A program made the position numbers and the translations under genes. Shown here in pieces: positions 8,686-17,447 of a stretch of 38,771 nucleotides of DNA. How positions within the stretch are numbered: the first letter of the stretch is position 1; every line of letters starts with the position of its first letter. The DNA lies in contig JBAXZU010000002.1 of the NCBI GenBank assembly GCA_041670225.1, positions 1 through 38,771 of the forward strand, read 5' to 3'. Source of the DNA: Bacilli bacterium (GTDB lineage Bacteria; Bacillota_I; Bacilli_A; RFN20; CAG-288). A model generated the notes under the pieces. The model was not told the DNA's origin, did no database searches, and saw only the letters and a list, made by a program, of their open reading frames with translations.

Positions 8686-11433
8686 TTATCTAAGACCTAC
8701 CACATCTTTGGTAAGCAGTTCACCATTGGTACAGGATATAATGTTATTCTGTGAAGAAACGAATGCATCTGCACCTAATTCAATCTCCAAGAATTGTTCT
8801 ATCGTGCCTTCATAGATGATTTTGGTGGCTTGGTCAAGTCCCCAATATCCTATTTTCTTCACAGAAGTAGGGACAACAATTTCATCGCAACTTAAAGAAC
8901 TGGCATAATCTTCAACCACAACAAGACTTTTAGGGAGATAGATGGTACCGGATGAACATCTTCCACTCAGTTGTCCCGAATAAAAGGTCGTGGCTGGAAG
9001 ATCTGATAAATCAACACTAGTATACTGGTTTGTATTATCACTGAGAAAGGGATTGAGAGCAATAGCCTTCGTCTGAGAATTCGGCTTTAACTCTAACGGG
9101 GTGTTGCCTCCCACGTAAACTAACAAGGCATAAGGGTTTTCGTCATTTCCCAGATATGTTAATCCGCCATCATTATTAAAGGAAAGGGCGTTGCAATTAT
9201 AAAAAACGTTTTGTTCTACATAGATAATAGAATCAGGCATTGATACTGAAGAAAGCGAGGTACAATCAGCAAATGCATAAGTACCGATATAATCTAATCC
9301 CTCTAGAAGAGTGACACTGGTAAGAGAGGTGCATCCACGGAATGCGTAATCACAGATTGTTTTCAATGTCGAGGGCAGGGTCAGACTGGTTATGGAAGTA
9401 TAATTTTGCATGACCTTGGGGAAAATAGTTGTTATTCCTTCAGGAATAACCAAAACTTCTTGGTCTAAGCCACAGCGAAGCATTTTGGTTTCTGGCTGAA
9501 TATTGATGGTGGATGTCGGATTAACGGAACCGCAATAGACCAAATAAGGATTGTTTTCGTTTCCGATATAATAGCTGCCATCCTTCTCAATCATGGCTTC
9601 TGGCAGAATATCGGGAAGCGAACCAGCTTTGACTGCTTTTAAACCATCCGGAATAGAAATATTTTTTATATAACCTTTAAAATTGTTAGGGCCTATTGTT
9701 TCAAGGGTATCAGGAAGAATTAGATTTTCATCAGTAACATTTTCTAAAGCAAAAGAACATACAGTCTTCAAATGGGAATCATCGCCAAAGGATAACTCTT
9801 TAATTTCAAGGCCAATAAATGCAGATATTCCAATATACTCTAAACTATTAGGCAAGGAAAGGTAATCCAATGTTCCGTAATATCCATCAAATTCAAAAGC
9901 ATTTCGTCCGATCTTCTTCACGCCTTCCTTGAAAATCATGGTTCTCACATTGTTAAAATCTGTTTTAGAAAAAAGATCTTGAGGAATCTCTGTGCCCGAA
10001 AAAGAAATTTTGACTAGGGCATCGCAATCCATAATACATCCATAATCAATACTTACAACACTCTCAGGCATATCTATCTCCAAGAGATTAGGCATATTAT
10101 AGAACGCCTTATATATGATGTATTCGGTTTTGGAAGAAAGGGTAAATGACGAAGCTGAGAGATCGTAGGCACCAGCAAAGAACATATACGGATTCTCTTC
10201 ACTTCCAAAGTATTTTCCGTTCTTATAAAGTGTGAACAAAATATGAGTGTCATTTTCAAAAGCTGAGTGACCTACATATTCAAGGCCATTTGGAAGCCGC
10301 AGTTCACAGAGGTTGTCACAATAGCCGAAAGCATTATAGCCGATGGAGGTGACAGTATCAGGAATATAAAGCTTCTGGAGGTTATCCAGGTTATTGCCGG
10401 CATAATTGCTTATTGAAGTGACAGGATGGGATCCATGGATGCCATCATCCCAGGTTTCCGGAATATAAAGGAATGCAACATCGCTGGCAGCTCCGGCGAA
10501 ACTATAGCTGTCATTGTGGAAAAAGAATCTGACTTTGTTTATATTTCTGGCAAACTGAGCGACATAGGTGACATCACCGACAACTTCGGAGATATTAGGG
10601 GACCAGCCATTGAATTCAAAGGTATGCCCGACTTCTTCGTAGGTCGGAGTCTCTCCTACATACTCCGGAATCTGTCCATAATCCATCATAGATTTCTGAA
10701 GAACTTCGCCATATGTGTTTACGAAAGTGACTTTATATTGCTTGGTCTCACTGGAATACTGGGCAACATAGGTAGCATTTCCGGTAACTTCAGCAATCAT
10801 AGGACTCCATCCTGAGAAAGTATACTCATACTGTTCGTCATCATCCTTTACCGGAGTTTCTCCGGCATATAAAGGAAGCACTCCGTATTCGTAAGTATCT
10901 GACTGAAGAACGGAAAAATCATAATTGACGAATGAGACGGTATAGGTGTTAAGAGAATTAGAATACTGGGCAGTAAAAGCCGTATCCGCCATGATGTTCT
11001 CAAGTGACCTGTCCCATCCTGTGAACGTATACGAAAACTGAGAATCGGACTTCTTTGTCGGAGTCTCTCCGCCATATACGGCATCCTGGCCTTCGCTGAC
11101 TGAACCCGTATATAGAAGACTGCCGTCATAATTGTAGAATGTTGTTTTGTAGAAAACTTCCGCTGAGACCGAATCCGAAGAATCGGATTCTTCCGGACTG
11201 ACACCGTCAGAAACTACCGAATCGCTGACAGGATCGGTATCGGAAGGACTGACGCTGGAATCAGAAACAACCGAATCGCTGACAGTATCAGTATCGGAAG
11301 GACTGACGCTGACGTCAGAAGCTACAGAATCACTAACGCTGCTGATTTCACTATCGGCAGAAGAACCACTGCAGGAAGCTAATGCAAGAGTCAACACCAT
11401 CAGAACTGAACCTAAAAAATGTTTTTTGTTCAT
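8686..11433 (-). CDS. surface lipoprotein with an S/D-rich linker, three Listeria-Bacteroides (Flg_new-type) repeats and BspA-type leucine-rich repeats
   Basis: I prefer the ATG at 11433 (MNKKHFLGSVLMVLTLALASC, lipobox LASC), which has GAGGGAG upstream. Three units of about 70 aa fit the pattern YxVxFxNxxG...YG...P...P.K....F.GW. The C-terminal 600 aa carry repeated Ixxx(A)Fxxxxxlxxixlp motifs typical of the LRR_5/BspA family. Confidence 0.85.
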   Translation of the reverse strand: MNKKHFLGSVLMVLTLALASCSGSSADSEISSVSDSVASDVSVSPSDTDTVSDSVVSDSSVSPSDTDPVSDSVVSDGVSPEESDSSDSVSAEVFYKTTFYNYDGSLLYTGSVSEGQDAVYGGETPTKKSDSQFSYTFTGWDRSLENIMADTAFTAQYSNSLNTYTVSFVNYDFSVLQSDTYEYGVLPLYAGETPVKDDDEQYEYTFSGWSPMIAEVTGNATYVAQYSSETKQYKVTFVNTYGEVLQKSMMDYGQIPEYVGETPTYEEVGHTFEFNGWSPNISEVVGDVTYVAQFARNINKVRFFFHNDSYSFAGAASDVAFLYIPETWDDGIHGSHPVTSISNYAGNNLDNLQKLYIPDTVTSIGYNAFGYCDNLCELRLPNGLEYVGHSAFENDTHILFTLYKNGKYFGSEENPYMFFAGAYDLSASSFTLSSKTEYIIYKAFYNMPNLLEIDMPESVVSIDYGCIMDCDALVKISFSGTEIPQDLFSKTDFNNVRTMIFKEGVKKIGRNAFEFDGYYGTLDYLSLPNSLEYIGISAFIGLEIKELSFGDDSHLKTVCSFALENVTDENLILPDTLETIGPNNFKGYIKNISIPDGLKAVKAGSLPDILPEAMIEKDGSYYIGNENNPYLVYCGSVNPTSTINIQPETKMLRCGLDQEVLVIPEGITTIFPKVMQNYTSITSLTLPSTLKTICDYAFRGCTSLTSVTLLEGLDYIGTYAFADCTSLSSVSMPDSIIYVEQNVFYNCNALSFNNDGGLTYLGNDENPYALLVYVGGNTPLELKPNSQTKAIALNPFLSDNTNQYTSVDLSDLPATTFYSGQLSGRCSSGTIYLPKSLVVVEDYASSLSCDEIVVPTSVKKIGYWGLDQATKIIYEGTIEQFLEIELGADAFVSSQNNIISCTNGELLTKDVVGLR
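11217..11324 (-). repeat. two tandem 54-bp units encoding the S/D-rich linker (VSPSDTDxVSDSVVSD)
   Basis: The unit ccgaatcgctgaca..atcggaaggactgacgct recurs head to tail with a few substitutions. Confidence 0.6.
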
Positions 11434-11515
11434 ACTCACTCCCTCTATTATTTGATTAATATGACACAAATCACAATCACTATCTATTTTTTTTATTTTT
11501 CAAGAATCAATGAAA

Positions 11516-11534
11516 AATCCCCTTATAGGGGATT
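11516..11534 (-). terminator. small hairpin terminator between the 4-TM gene and the lipoprotein gene
   Basis: Stem aatcccc / ggggatt (7 bp) with a 5-nt loop, followed by a U-rich run on the minus-strand transcript. Confidence 0.35.
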
Positions 11535-11560
11535 GATCATATTTGTCAGAAATTCTAATT

Positions 11561-11980
11561 TCATTTACCGAATATCAGCAGGGATGAAATCAAGACTATC
11601 ACCAGCCATAGGCAGCAGATAACAGCATTAAAAGGAGTAAATATCCAGATAAGGAAAGGAATCAGGGAAAACAGGAATCCTAAAGTAGATATTGCTAGGA
11701 TAATTATTTTGTATTTATCAGACTTGAGGAAAAAGAAAACAAGAATAACAGCTAACAGAATCGCAGCCAGATAAGCTGATACAAAAGGACCGAAATTAGC
11801 ATATCCTAAATTTGTTGGATCAAAAGAAGAATAATATTTAAGTAATACTCCTGGTTCGCCATTGTCATTGACTGTTCCAAATTTGAGAACCGAACTCATG
11901 GGAAGAGCAGATAATACCACAATGACAGCATCCAAAATAAAGAAAATAATCTTTATAAATAATGGTTTTATCTTGCTCAT
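11561..11980 (-). CDS. small integral membrane protein (about 4 TM), unknown function
   Basis: Four hydrophobic segments in 139 aa. The gene lies between the two LRR genes. Confidence 0.65.
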   Translation of the reverse strand: MSKIKPLFIKIIFFILDAVIVVLSALPMSSVLKFGTVNDNGEPGVLLKYYSSFDPTNLGYANFGPFVSAYLAAILLAVILVFFFLKSDKYKIIILAISTLGFLFSLIPFLIWIFTPFNAVICCLWLVIVLISSLLIFGK

Positions 11981-12055
11981 TTTAATTTTCTCATTTCTAA
12001 TAACATAATATCATATTAATAATTCGAATAACAACAAATCCGGAAAGCTAAGGTT

Positions 12056-13009
12056 TTATTTTATGACTACATCACCGTCAGTGCAATGAACAACCGCACC
12101 TGAATTAAACCCGACAGACTGAGTAAGGAAAAACCATTCATTTATCGTACCTTCAAAAGAAAGAGTATTCAGACTTCCGCAATAATCAAACGCACTTGAT
12201 CTAAGTACAGCCAGGCCACCTGGTAAGGTCACTGTTTTCAGTTTATAGCAGCCTGCAAATGCACTTTCACCAATACCGGCTAATTCTTTTGGAAAAGTGA
12301 TATCAGTCAGACTTTCACAGTCAAAGAAGGTTTCTTTGGCTATTCTCATTAAATTATCCGGTAAAACAACACTGATCAGATTAAGACAAGAAAAGAAGGC
12401 CTCTTCCTTAATACTGGTTACACTATTTGGAAGAACAATATGAGTGAGGCTTCCGCATTTTCCAAAGGCTCTTTCACCAATAGTGGTTAAATTCTCCGAA
12501 AAAATAATATCAGTCAGACTACGACAGTCAAAGAAGGCATTGTTTCCGATAGTCAGAACACTATTTGGAATTTCTATTTTATTCAGATGTCCGCATTTGG
12601 CAAAAGTCCCATCTTCAATACTGGTGATATTTTCACTAAGCTGAACACTGACTAAATTTGTACATTCATCAAAAGCAAACTGACCTATGCTTGTCACACT
12701 ATTAGGAATTGATATTTCAGCTAGATTATCACAGCCTTCAAAAGCAAACTCTCCAATTCTGATTAAACCATCAGGGAGTTTGATTTTTTTTAGATTCTTG
12801 CAGCCATAGAACGCAAGGTTTTTGATAGACCTGATTTTCTTTCCTTGATAGGTATCCGGAATAACTATTTCAGAAACAAGAGAATCATTAAGCTTAGAGA
12901 CTTCGTAGGTCCCATCTTCTTTCAAAGAAAAGACTAATCCATTATCGAATTCTTCTTCATTATCTAGTTCGGGGTTGTTAGGCTTCGGCTTACTTAAAGG
13001 TCTATCCAT
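12056..13009 (-). CDS. BspA-type leucine-rich-repeat protein without a signal peptide
   Basis: About ten repeats of 23-24 aa fit the pattern IPxSVTSIGxxAFxxCxxLxxI. The N-terminus MDRPLSKPKPNNPELDNEEEF is hydrophilic. Confidence 0.8.
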   Translation of the reverse strand: MDRPLSKPKPNNPELDNEEEFDNGLVFSLKEDGTYEVSKLNDSLVSEIVIPDTYQGKKIRSIKNLAFYGCKNLKKIKLPDGLIRIGEFAFEGCDNLAEISIPNSVTSIGQFAFDECTNLVSVQLSENITSIEDGTFAKCGHLNKIEIPNSVLTIGNNAFFDCRSLTDIIFSENLTTIGERAFGKCGSLTHIVLPNSVTSIKEEAFFSCLNLISVVLPDNLMRIAKETFFDCESLTDITFPKELAGIGESAFAGCYKLKTVTLPGGLAVLRSSAFDYCGSLNTLSFEGTINEWFFLTQSVGFNSGAVVHCTDGDVVIK

Positions 13010-13346
13010 TTTCTTTGCTCCTTTTACTTCATAAGATTTGTTTTCCTATATTATACTCTATATTACCATTCAAAAAACAAACCATTTAAATGAAATATTC
13101 CTATTTTTCTATTTTTTCTAGTTTATTTTCGAACATTTTTTAATTTTAAAAAAATATTTTTTCTTATTCTATGAAGCACAAAGTTAAACAGTCAAAATGC
13201 CTATAAACAAATAGATATAAAAAATACAAAAAAATAAAAAATCCGTTATCTTACTTTTGAGTTGTAGTAAAAAAGCTCTCCAACACATAAAACAATTAAA
13301 AAAATCCTACATTAGATTTTATTTAGAAAATAATATGTTTTAAGAA

Positions 13347-13793
13347 TTAAAAACAGGTGAGAGCTTTTTCGGCATCCTCTAAATATTTTTTAGGTTCCTT
13401 CAGCTCAATTACATTACACTGATATTGTTCCTTAATAAACTTTACAGCTTTTGGTGCACATCCACCACCGCTATATAAAACAAATGACAGCTTTTTATTA
13501 GTAAAATCAGTTTTCTTCAGAACTGTATTAATAGGACAAGCAAAATATCCATTCCAGATAGGTGATCCAACTACCACCTCATCGTATTCACTGATATCAT
13601 TATTGTAATCTATAAGCTTAGCCTTATGTTTTAGTCCGGAAAGCATTCCACCCTGAAACATACTGATTGTGAAATTTTTTGAAAGGTTTCTTTTTGGAGT
13701 AACCTTTCTTATTTCATATCCCTTTGAAGCAAAAATATTAGCAAGAGCTTCACCTGAACCGGTGAAACTATAATATATGAATAATTTTTTCAT
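13347..13793 (-). CDS. flavodoxin-family protein
   Basis: MKKLFIYYSFTGSGEALA is an FMN phosphate-loop-like motif, and GSPIWNG is also present. GGAGG lies 6 nt before the ATG at 13793, so the track start at 13805 overlaps the SD. Confidence 0.65.
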   Translation of the reverse strand: MKKLFIYYSFTGSGEALANIFASKGYEIRKVTPKRNLSKNFTISMFQGGMLSGLKHKAKLIDYNNDISEYDEVVVGSPIWNGYFACPINTVLKKTDFTNKKLSFVLYSGGGCAPKAVKFIKEQYQCNVIELKEPKKYLEDAEKALTCF

Positions 13794-13986
13794 ATTAGCC
13801 TCCATGATAATTAGTATTTCAAGTTATTTAATTTTTTGATATATCAGCCTTATATATTACCATCTCTTATTATTAAAACACGTGTTAGGTAAGTTAGAGA
13901 TATATTATATTTTCAAGAACTGACAAATAATCCTTCTTAGCTGTAGTCTAAGTCTTCTGCATGTATTCTTTTAAGATCTTATTTGC

Positions 13987-14298
13987 CTACATTATAAATT
14001 GTGTTCCTCTTTTGGATTTTACTCGATACCCGACTGAAATAATAACATCAAGATTATAATATCTTACATTGTATGTTTTATTATCTGCTTCAGTTGTTGC
14101 AAATTTTGCAACAACTGAATCTTCTTGTAATTTTCCTTCTAAAAATATATTTTTTATATGTCTGGATATTACCGATTTGTCTCTACTAAATAACTCTCCC
14201 ATTTGCTCAACTGTAAACCAAACAGTTTCCTTATTTAAATTAACATCAACTTTAACTAATCCATCCTCACTCACATAGATTAAGACCTTGTTTTCCAT
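13987..14298 (-). pseudogene. truncated RhuM-family (virulence-protein RhuM-like) gene, N-terminal ~100 aa only
   Basis: VVAKFATTEADNKTYNVRYYNLDVIISVGYRVKSKRGTQF matches the conserved N-terminal block of RhuM-family proteins, which are normally more than 300 aa. Here the ORF stops right after RGTQF, and I see no continuation in any frame. Confidence 0.65.
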
Positions 14299-14453
14299 TT
14301 ACAGCACTTCTTTATCAATTTTAAAAATTATTAAATTATTTTGTTCAATGTATTCTCTAATCATTTTTGTAAAAATCATAGGTTACATTTTTTAGTTATT
14401 ATAGACATTATAATATAAAAAATCGAGTTACTAAAATTGATTTACTTTTGAAA

Positions 14454-14487
14454 TAAAAAAAGACATCCTGTATTTCTACAAGATGTC
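14454..14487 (-). terminator. rho-independent terminator of ssrA
   Basis: The minus-strand RNA forms gacaucuugua-gaaa-uacaggauguc followed by uuuuuuu, about 13 nt after the CCA end. Confidence 0.7.
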
Positions 14488-14500
14488 CGCTGTTTTTCGA

Positions 14501-14902
14501 TGGTGGAGATGACGGGAGTCGAACCCGCGTCCGAACAAAGCTTTCTGTTGATGACTACAGTTTATCTTACTGGTGATTTCAATCTGCTTAGTCAATAAGC
14601 AACCTAAGACAGATCTATCACTTCATGTTAGTTCAGGTGACTGGAAGCAAAACAGCCATTCTGACTTCGGATCTAAATAACTAAGAAGACAGAACCGAAG
14701 AGATTCTTCTTAGTTGCACGGGGAGTTTATAAGCTCCCAATTATGACTGAAAGCCGAAGCTTAGGCAGCCATGGCGACCAAATTGTTGGCCGGAATGTGC
14801 ATAGTTACGGGTTTTTTGGCACTTGTAATTGTGTCGGTTTTTAAGGAAACCACTCCACTGCCACCAATAGTCTTCTCTGCCCGTCGAAACCAAAACATCC
14901 CC
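14501..14902 (-). ncRNA. ssrA: tmRNA (transfer-messenger RNA)
   Basis: The minus-strand 5' end is GGGGAUGUUUUGGUUUCGACGGG. The 3' end is GGACGCGGGUUCGACUCCCGUCAUCUCCACCA, a tRNA-Ala-like acceptor/T-arm. An internal tag ORF ends ...GCC AUG GCU GCC UAA. Confidence 0.9.
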
Positions 14903-14921
14903 AAATAATAACAGCGTAATT

Positions 14922-14949
14922 ATTATAAGGGGATTTTTTTAATTTTCAA
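14922..14949 (-). promoter_or_regulatory. near-consensus sigma-A promoter of ssrA (TTGAAA-16-TATAAT)
   Basis: Read on the minus strand about 20 nt upstream of the mature GGGG 5' end. Confidence 0.6.
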
Positions 14950-14963
14950 GTGTAAAACAAATA

Positions 14964-16133
14964 TTAATAGTTTTCAGAAAGGCTGAGTTCCGGCTTCTTT
15001 TCACGTAAAGTCTTATAAGCCTGACCAAATAAGGCGATTTCCTTATTGACTCTTTCAGACTTCTCCAGAGTATCAATCTTAGCCTTGAACTTGGTAATGA
15101 CTTCATTGACAGGATCTTTTTCACTGGTGACAAAGCCAACAACGAATAAGCTGGTACGGAAGTCAGATAATTCCGAAGGATTGGTAATAGCAGATTTTTC
15201 TTCACCCTTCAGAGTAAGATAAACATTGTCAGCACCAGTAATATCTTCAATAAGATATCTTAAGTACAGAGATTCAGCAGAGATAATATACTTATCAGTA
15301 TCATCAAACTTCTTTCTGTTCTCTTTCATCTTGTCCAGAACAGCAACAGCAGCTTCAAGCTCATTCTTATAAAGATGATCAAGATAGACATAGTAGAGAA
15401 CATGAATAGAATAATAGGTAGTATCATCACTGCTAGCAGGAACAATGAATTCCTGACCATTAAGTTCTCTGCGGCGGTTGATGTTAAGAATATTGAAATT
15501 GCGGCGGGTCTCTTCAGTCTTGGTATTCAGAAGATTGAACATATCATTTGGAAGATCCTGACGGAAAGGCATTAATTCATAGATAGGAATGATAAATCCG
15601 TAGATAGCAGCAAATAATCCCATATATCCGATATAGGAAGTCATATTGACACCCTTACCAAAGGATAAAGCAAAGAACATCACAAAACCAATAGCTAATA
15701 AGATAATAGAAGAAATATATCCAGCTAAGAAGATTGATCGAGGATTATGTTCGACATTCTCATCCTTAGGAGCAAACTTCATTTCCATATTACCGATAGC
15801 AAAGAAGTTGAAGGTGATTTTTGTCTTTTCATGGGAATGATCAAAGGTCAGACCTAAGATAGTAGTGTAGACAATAGCATAACCGGCCTTCTTAGCAACG
15901 AGAACCTTAGTTCCGTTATAGACAGCCAAAGTAACAAAAATTCCGATAAGGAAACTGATGAAAATAAAGATAAAGTAATTGTAATCATTATTGGAATTAA
16001 AAGTATTGTTGAAAACCATTCTCTGTAGGAATATCATAACCGCCAGATAGATGACATAAGCAAACATTAAGATGAAAGATGCATTAAAGTCAAACAAGTC
16101 TTTTTTCCCAGTTGGGGATTTTTTCTCATCCAT
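14964..16133 (-). CDS. polytopic membrane protein with a helical C-terminal domain, possibly a degenerate M50 (site-2-protease-like) fold
   Basis: GGAGG lies 8 nt before the ATG at 16133 (MDEKKSPTG). There are 5-6 TM segments, then about 190 aa of helical soluble sequence. The M50 resemblance is a by-eye alignment (see findings). Confidence 0.7.
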   Translation of the reverse strand: MDEKKSPTGKKDLFDFNASFILMFAYVIYLAVMIFLQRMVFNNTFNSNNDYNYFIFIFISFLIGIFVTLAVYNGTKVLVAKKAGYAIVYTTILGLTFDHSHEKTKITFNFFAIGNMEMKFAPKDENVEHNPRSIFLAGYISSIILLAIGFVMFFALSFGKGVNMTSYIGYMGLFAAIYGFIIPIYELMPFRQDLPNDMFNLLNTKTEETRRNFNILNINRRRELNGQEFIVPASSDDTTYYSIHVLYYVYLDHLYKNELEAAVAVLDKMKENRKKFDDTDKYIISAESLYLRYLIEDITGADNVYLTLKGEEKSAITNPSELSDFRTSLFVVGFVTSEKDPVNEVITKFKAKIDTLEKSERVNKEIALFGQAYKTLREKKPELSLSENY

Positions 16134-16191
16134 AAAGATACCTCCATTCAGGTTGAGCACACGTAATAATATAATTATAACTCAAACAACG

Positions 16192-17304
16192 TTATTTAAT
16201 ATGCAAAAATTTCTCAGCTTTTTCCATCACCTGAGAATCAATCTCATAAGGCAGCTCAGAAAAGCTGTGATACATTGGCATTGAAGCTAACCAATTGTCA
16301 AATGAAATAAGTACTTCTTCAAAGCTAGCATCTTTTCCTAATCCAAGGACAACGTTACCTAATTCAGCTATCTTTTCAGCTACCTTTTCTTTGTTTATTG
16401 TCAGGAATTCCGGCATCAGAAGCGCGATTCCCTGACCATGAGTCAGCTGGGGATAAACACCGGAAAGCTTATGTTCGGCAGCATGAACCCGGAAGAAGTT
16501 TTTCTTACCGAAACTGGTGAATCCGTTATGAGCCAAAGTCGAGCAAAGCATCATGCTTCTTCTTTCTTCGTAGCCATTAGGATTAGCCAAAACCGGTTTA
16601 GTAATCTTAACCACATTCTTCATCACTGCCAAAGCCATGTCATCACAAGGTTCATATTCATGGGAAGGAGAGAAGAATCTTTCAAAGGAATGAGAAAACA
16701 TATCAACTAAGCCCATGCTGGTCTGATAGGGAGAAACCGAATAGGTAAGTGTTGGATCAAGCAAGGAGAATAAAGGACGGTTAGTCTGATAGTTGAATCC
16801 ACTCTTGAAATTATGTTCGCGGTCAGAGATAACACAGGAATCTGACATCTCACTGCCAGATGCCGCTAAAGTAATGATAGTAGCCACCTTTAAGGCATGC
16901 AGAGGAATAACAGTCTTCTTATTGAAGTCAAGGGGATTACCGTCATAGTAATAGCCGTTAGCCACACTCTTAGCCGTATCCAAGACACTTCCGCCACCAC
17001 AGGCTAAAATTATCTCCGGCTGAAAAATACGGGCCAGATCAATAATCTTTCGGACATCCTGAATATCGGGATTAACGGAAATTCCTGAATACTCTTCAAA
17101 TAGAATGCCTTCAGCCTGAAGAGAGTCTACTATCTTCTGATAAGTTGAGCTTTCCTTTAAAGACTTTCCGCCATAGATCAGAAAAGCTTTCTTGAATCCG
17201 TAGTCTTCCTTCAGAATTTTTCCAATTAAAGAAACTCCTTCCGGTCTATAGATAATCCTGGTCGGACAATAAAAGTCAAAGACATCCTGATTAATATTTT
17301 CCAT
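16192..17304 (-). CDS. iron-containing (group III) alcohol dehydrogenase
   Basis: GGGSVLDTAKSVA is a dinucleotide-fold motif, and conserved His residues lie in the C-terminal half. GAGGA precedes the ATG at 17304. The longer track ORF would run into the ppdK terminator. Confidence 0.85.
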   Translation of the reverse strand: MENINQDVFDFYCPTRIIYRPEGVSLIGKILKEDYGFKKAFLIYGGKSLKESSTYQKIVDSLQAEGILFEEYSGISVNPDIQDVRKIIDLARIFQPEIILACGGGSVLDTAKSVANGYYYDGNPLDFNKKTVIPLHALKVATIITLAASGSEMSDSCVISDREHNFKSGFNYQTNRPLFSLLDPTLTYSVSPYQTSMGLVDMFSHSFERFFSPSHEYEPCDDMALAVMKNVVKITKPVLANPNGYEERRSMMLCSTLAHNGFTSFGKKNFFRVHAAEHKLSGVYPQLTHGQGIALLMPEFLTINKEKVAEKIAELGNVVLGLGKDASFEEVLISFDNWLASMPMYHSFSELPYEIDSQVMEKAEKFLHIK

Positions 17305-17392
17305 ATGTTTTTCCTCATATTTAGTATAACTTAAGAAACCGGAAAAGTTTAGTGCATTTATTTGGTAAATAAAATTGCTATCAGCTTTTTTC

Positions 17393-17422
17393 AATAAAAA
17401 GGGGCCGCATTTCTGCAGCCCC
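17393..17422 (-). terminator. rho-independent terminator of ppdK
   Basis: The minus-strand RNA forms ggggcugc-agaaau-gcggcccc followed by uuuuuauu. Confidence 0.75.
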
Positions 17423-17447
17423 CATAATTAGTAGAACAAACTACAAT

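Noticed and set aside
9683-11204. ORFs 9683-9865(+), 10074-10259(-), 10426-10815(+) and 10848-11204(-) inside the LRR lipoprotein gene
   Set aside because: They are embedded in, or antisense to, a gene with a clear domain architecture. They have no start signals and no recognisable content.
11434-11469. Longer N-terminal extensions offered by the ORF track (11469, 13805, 16160, 17394, 31446, 35915)
   Set aside because: In each case an internal ATG a few codons downstream has a well-spaced GGAGG-type SD and gives a canonical N-terminus (lipoprotein signal, flavodoxin MKK.., and so on). The longer forms overlap the SD, a terminator, or begin at TTG.
8000-14500. Direct repeat of the ssrA 3' end (att site) or an integrase that would delimit an island next to ssrA
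   Set aside because: I found neither by eye, so I report only a degraded remnant (the RhuM fragment), not a mobile element. A computed repeat search is needed.
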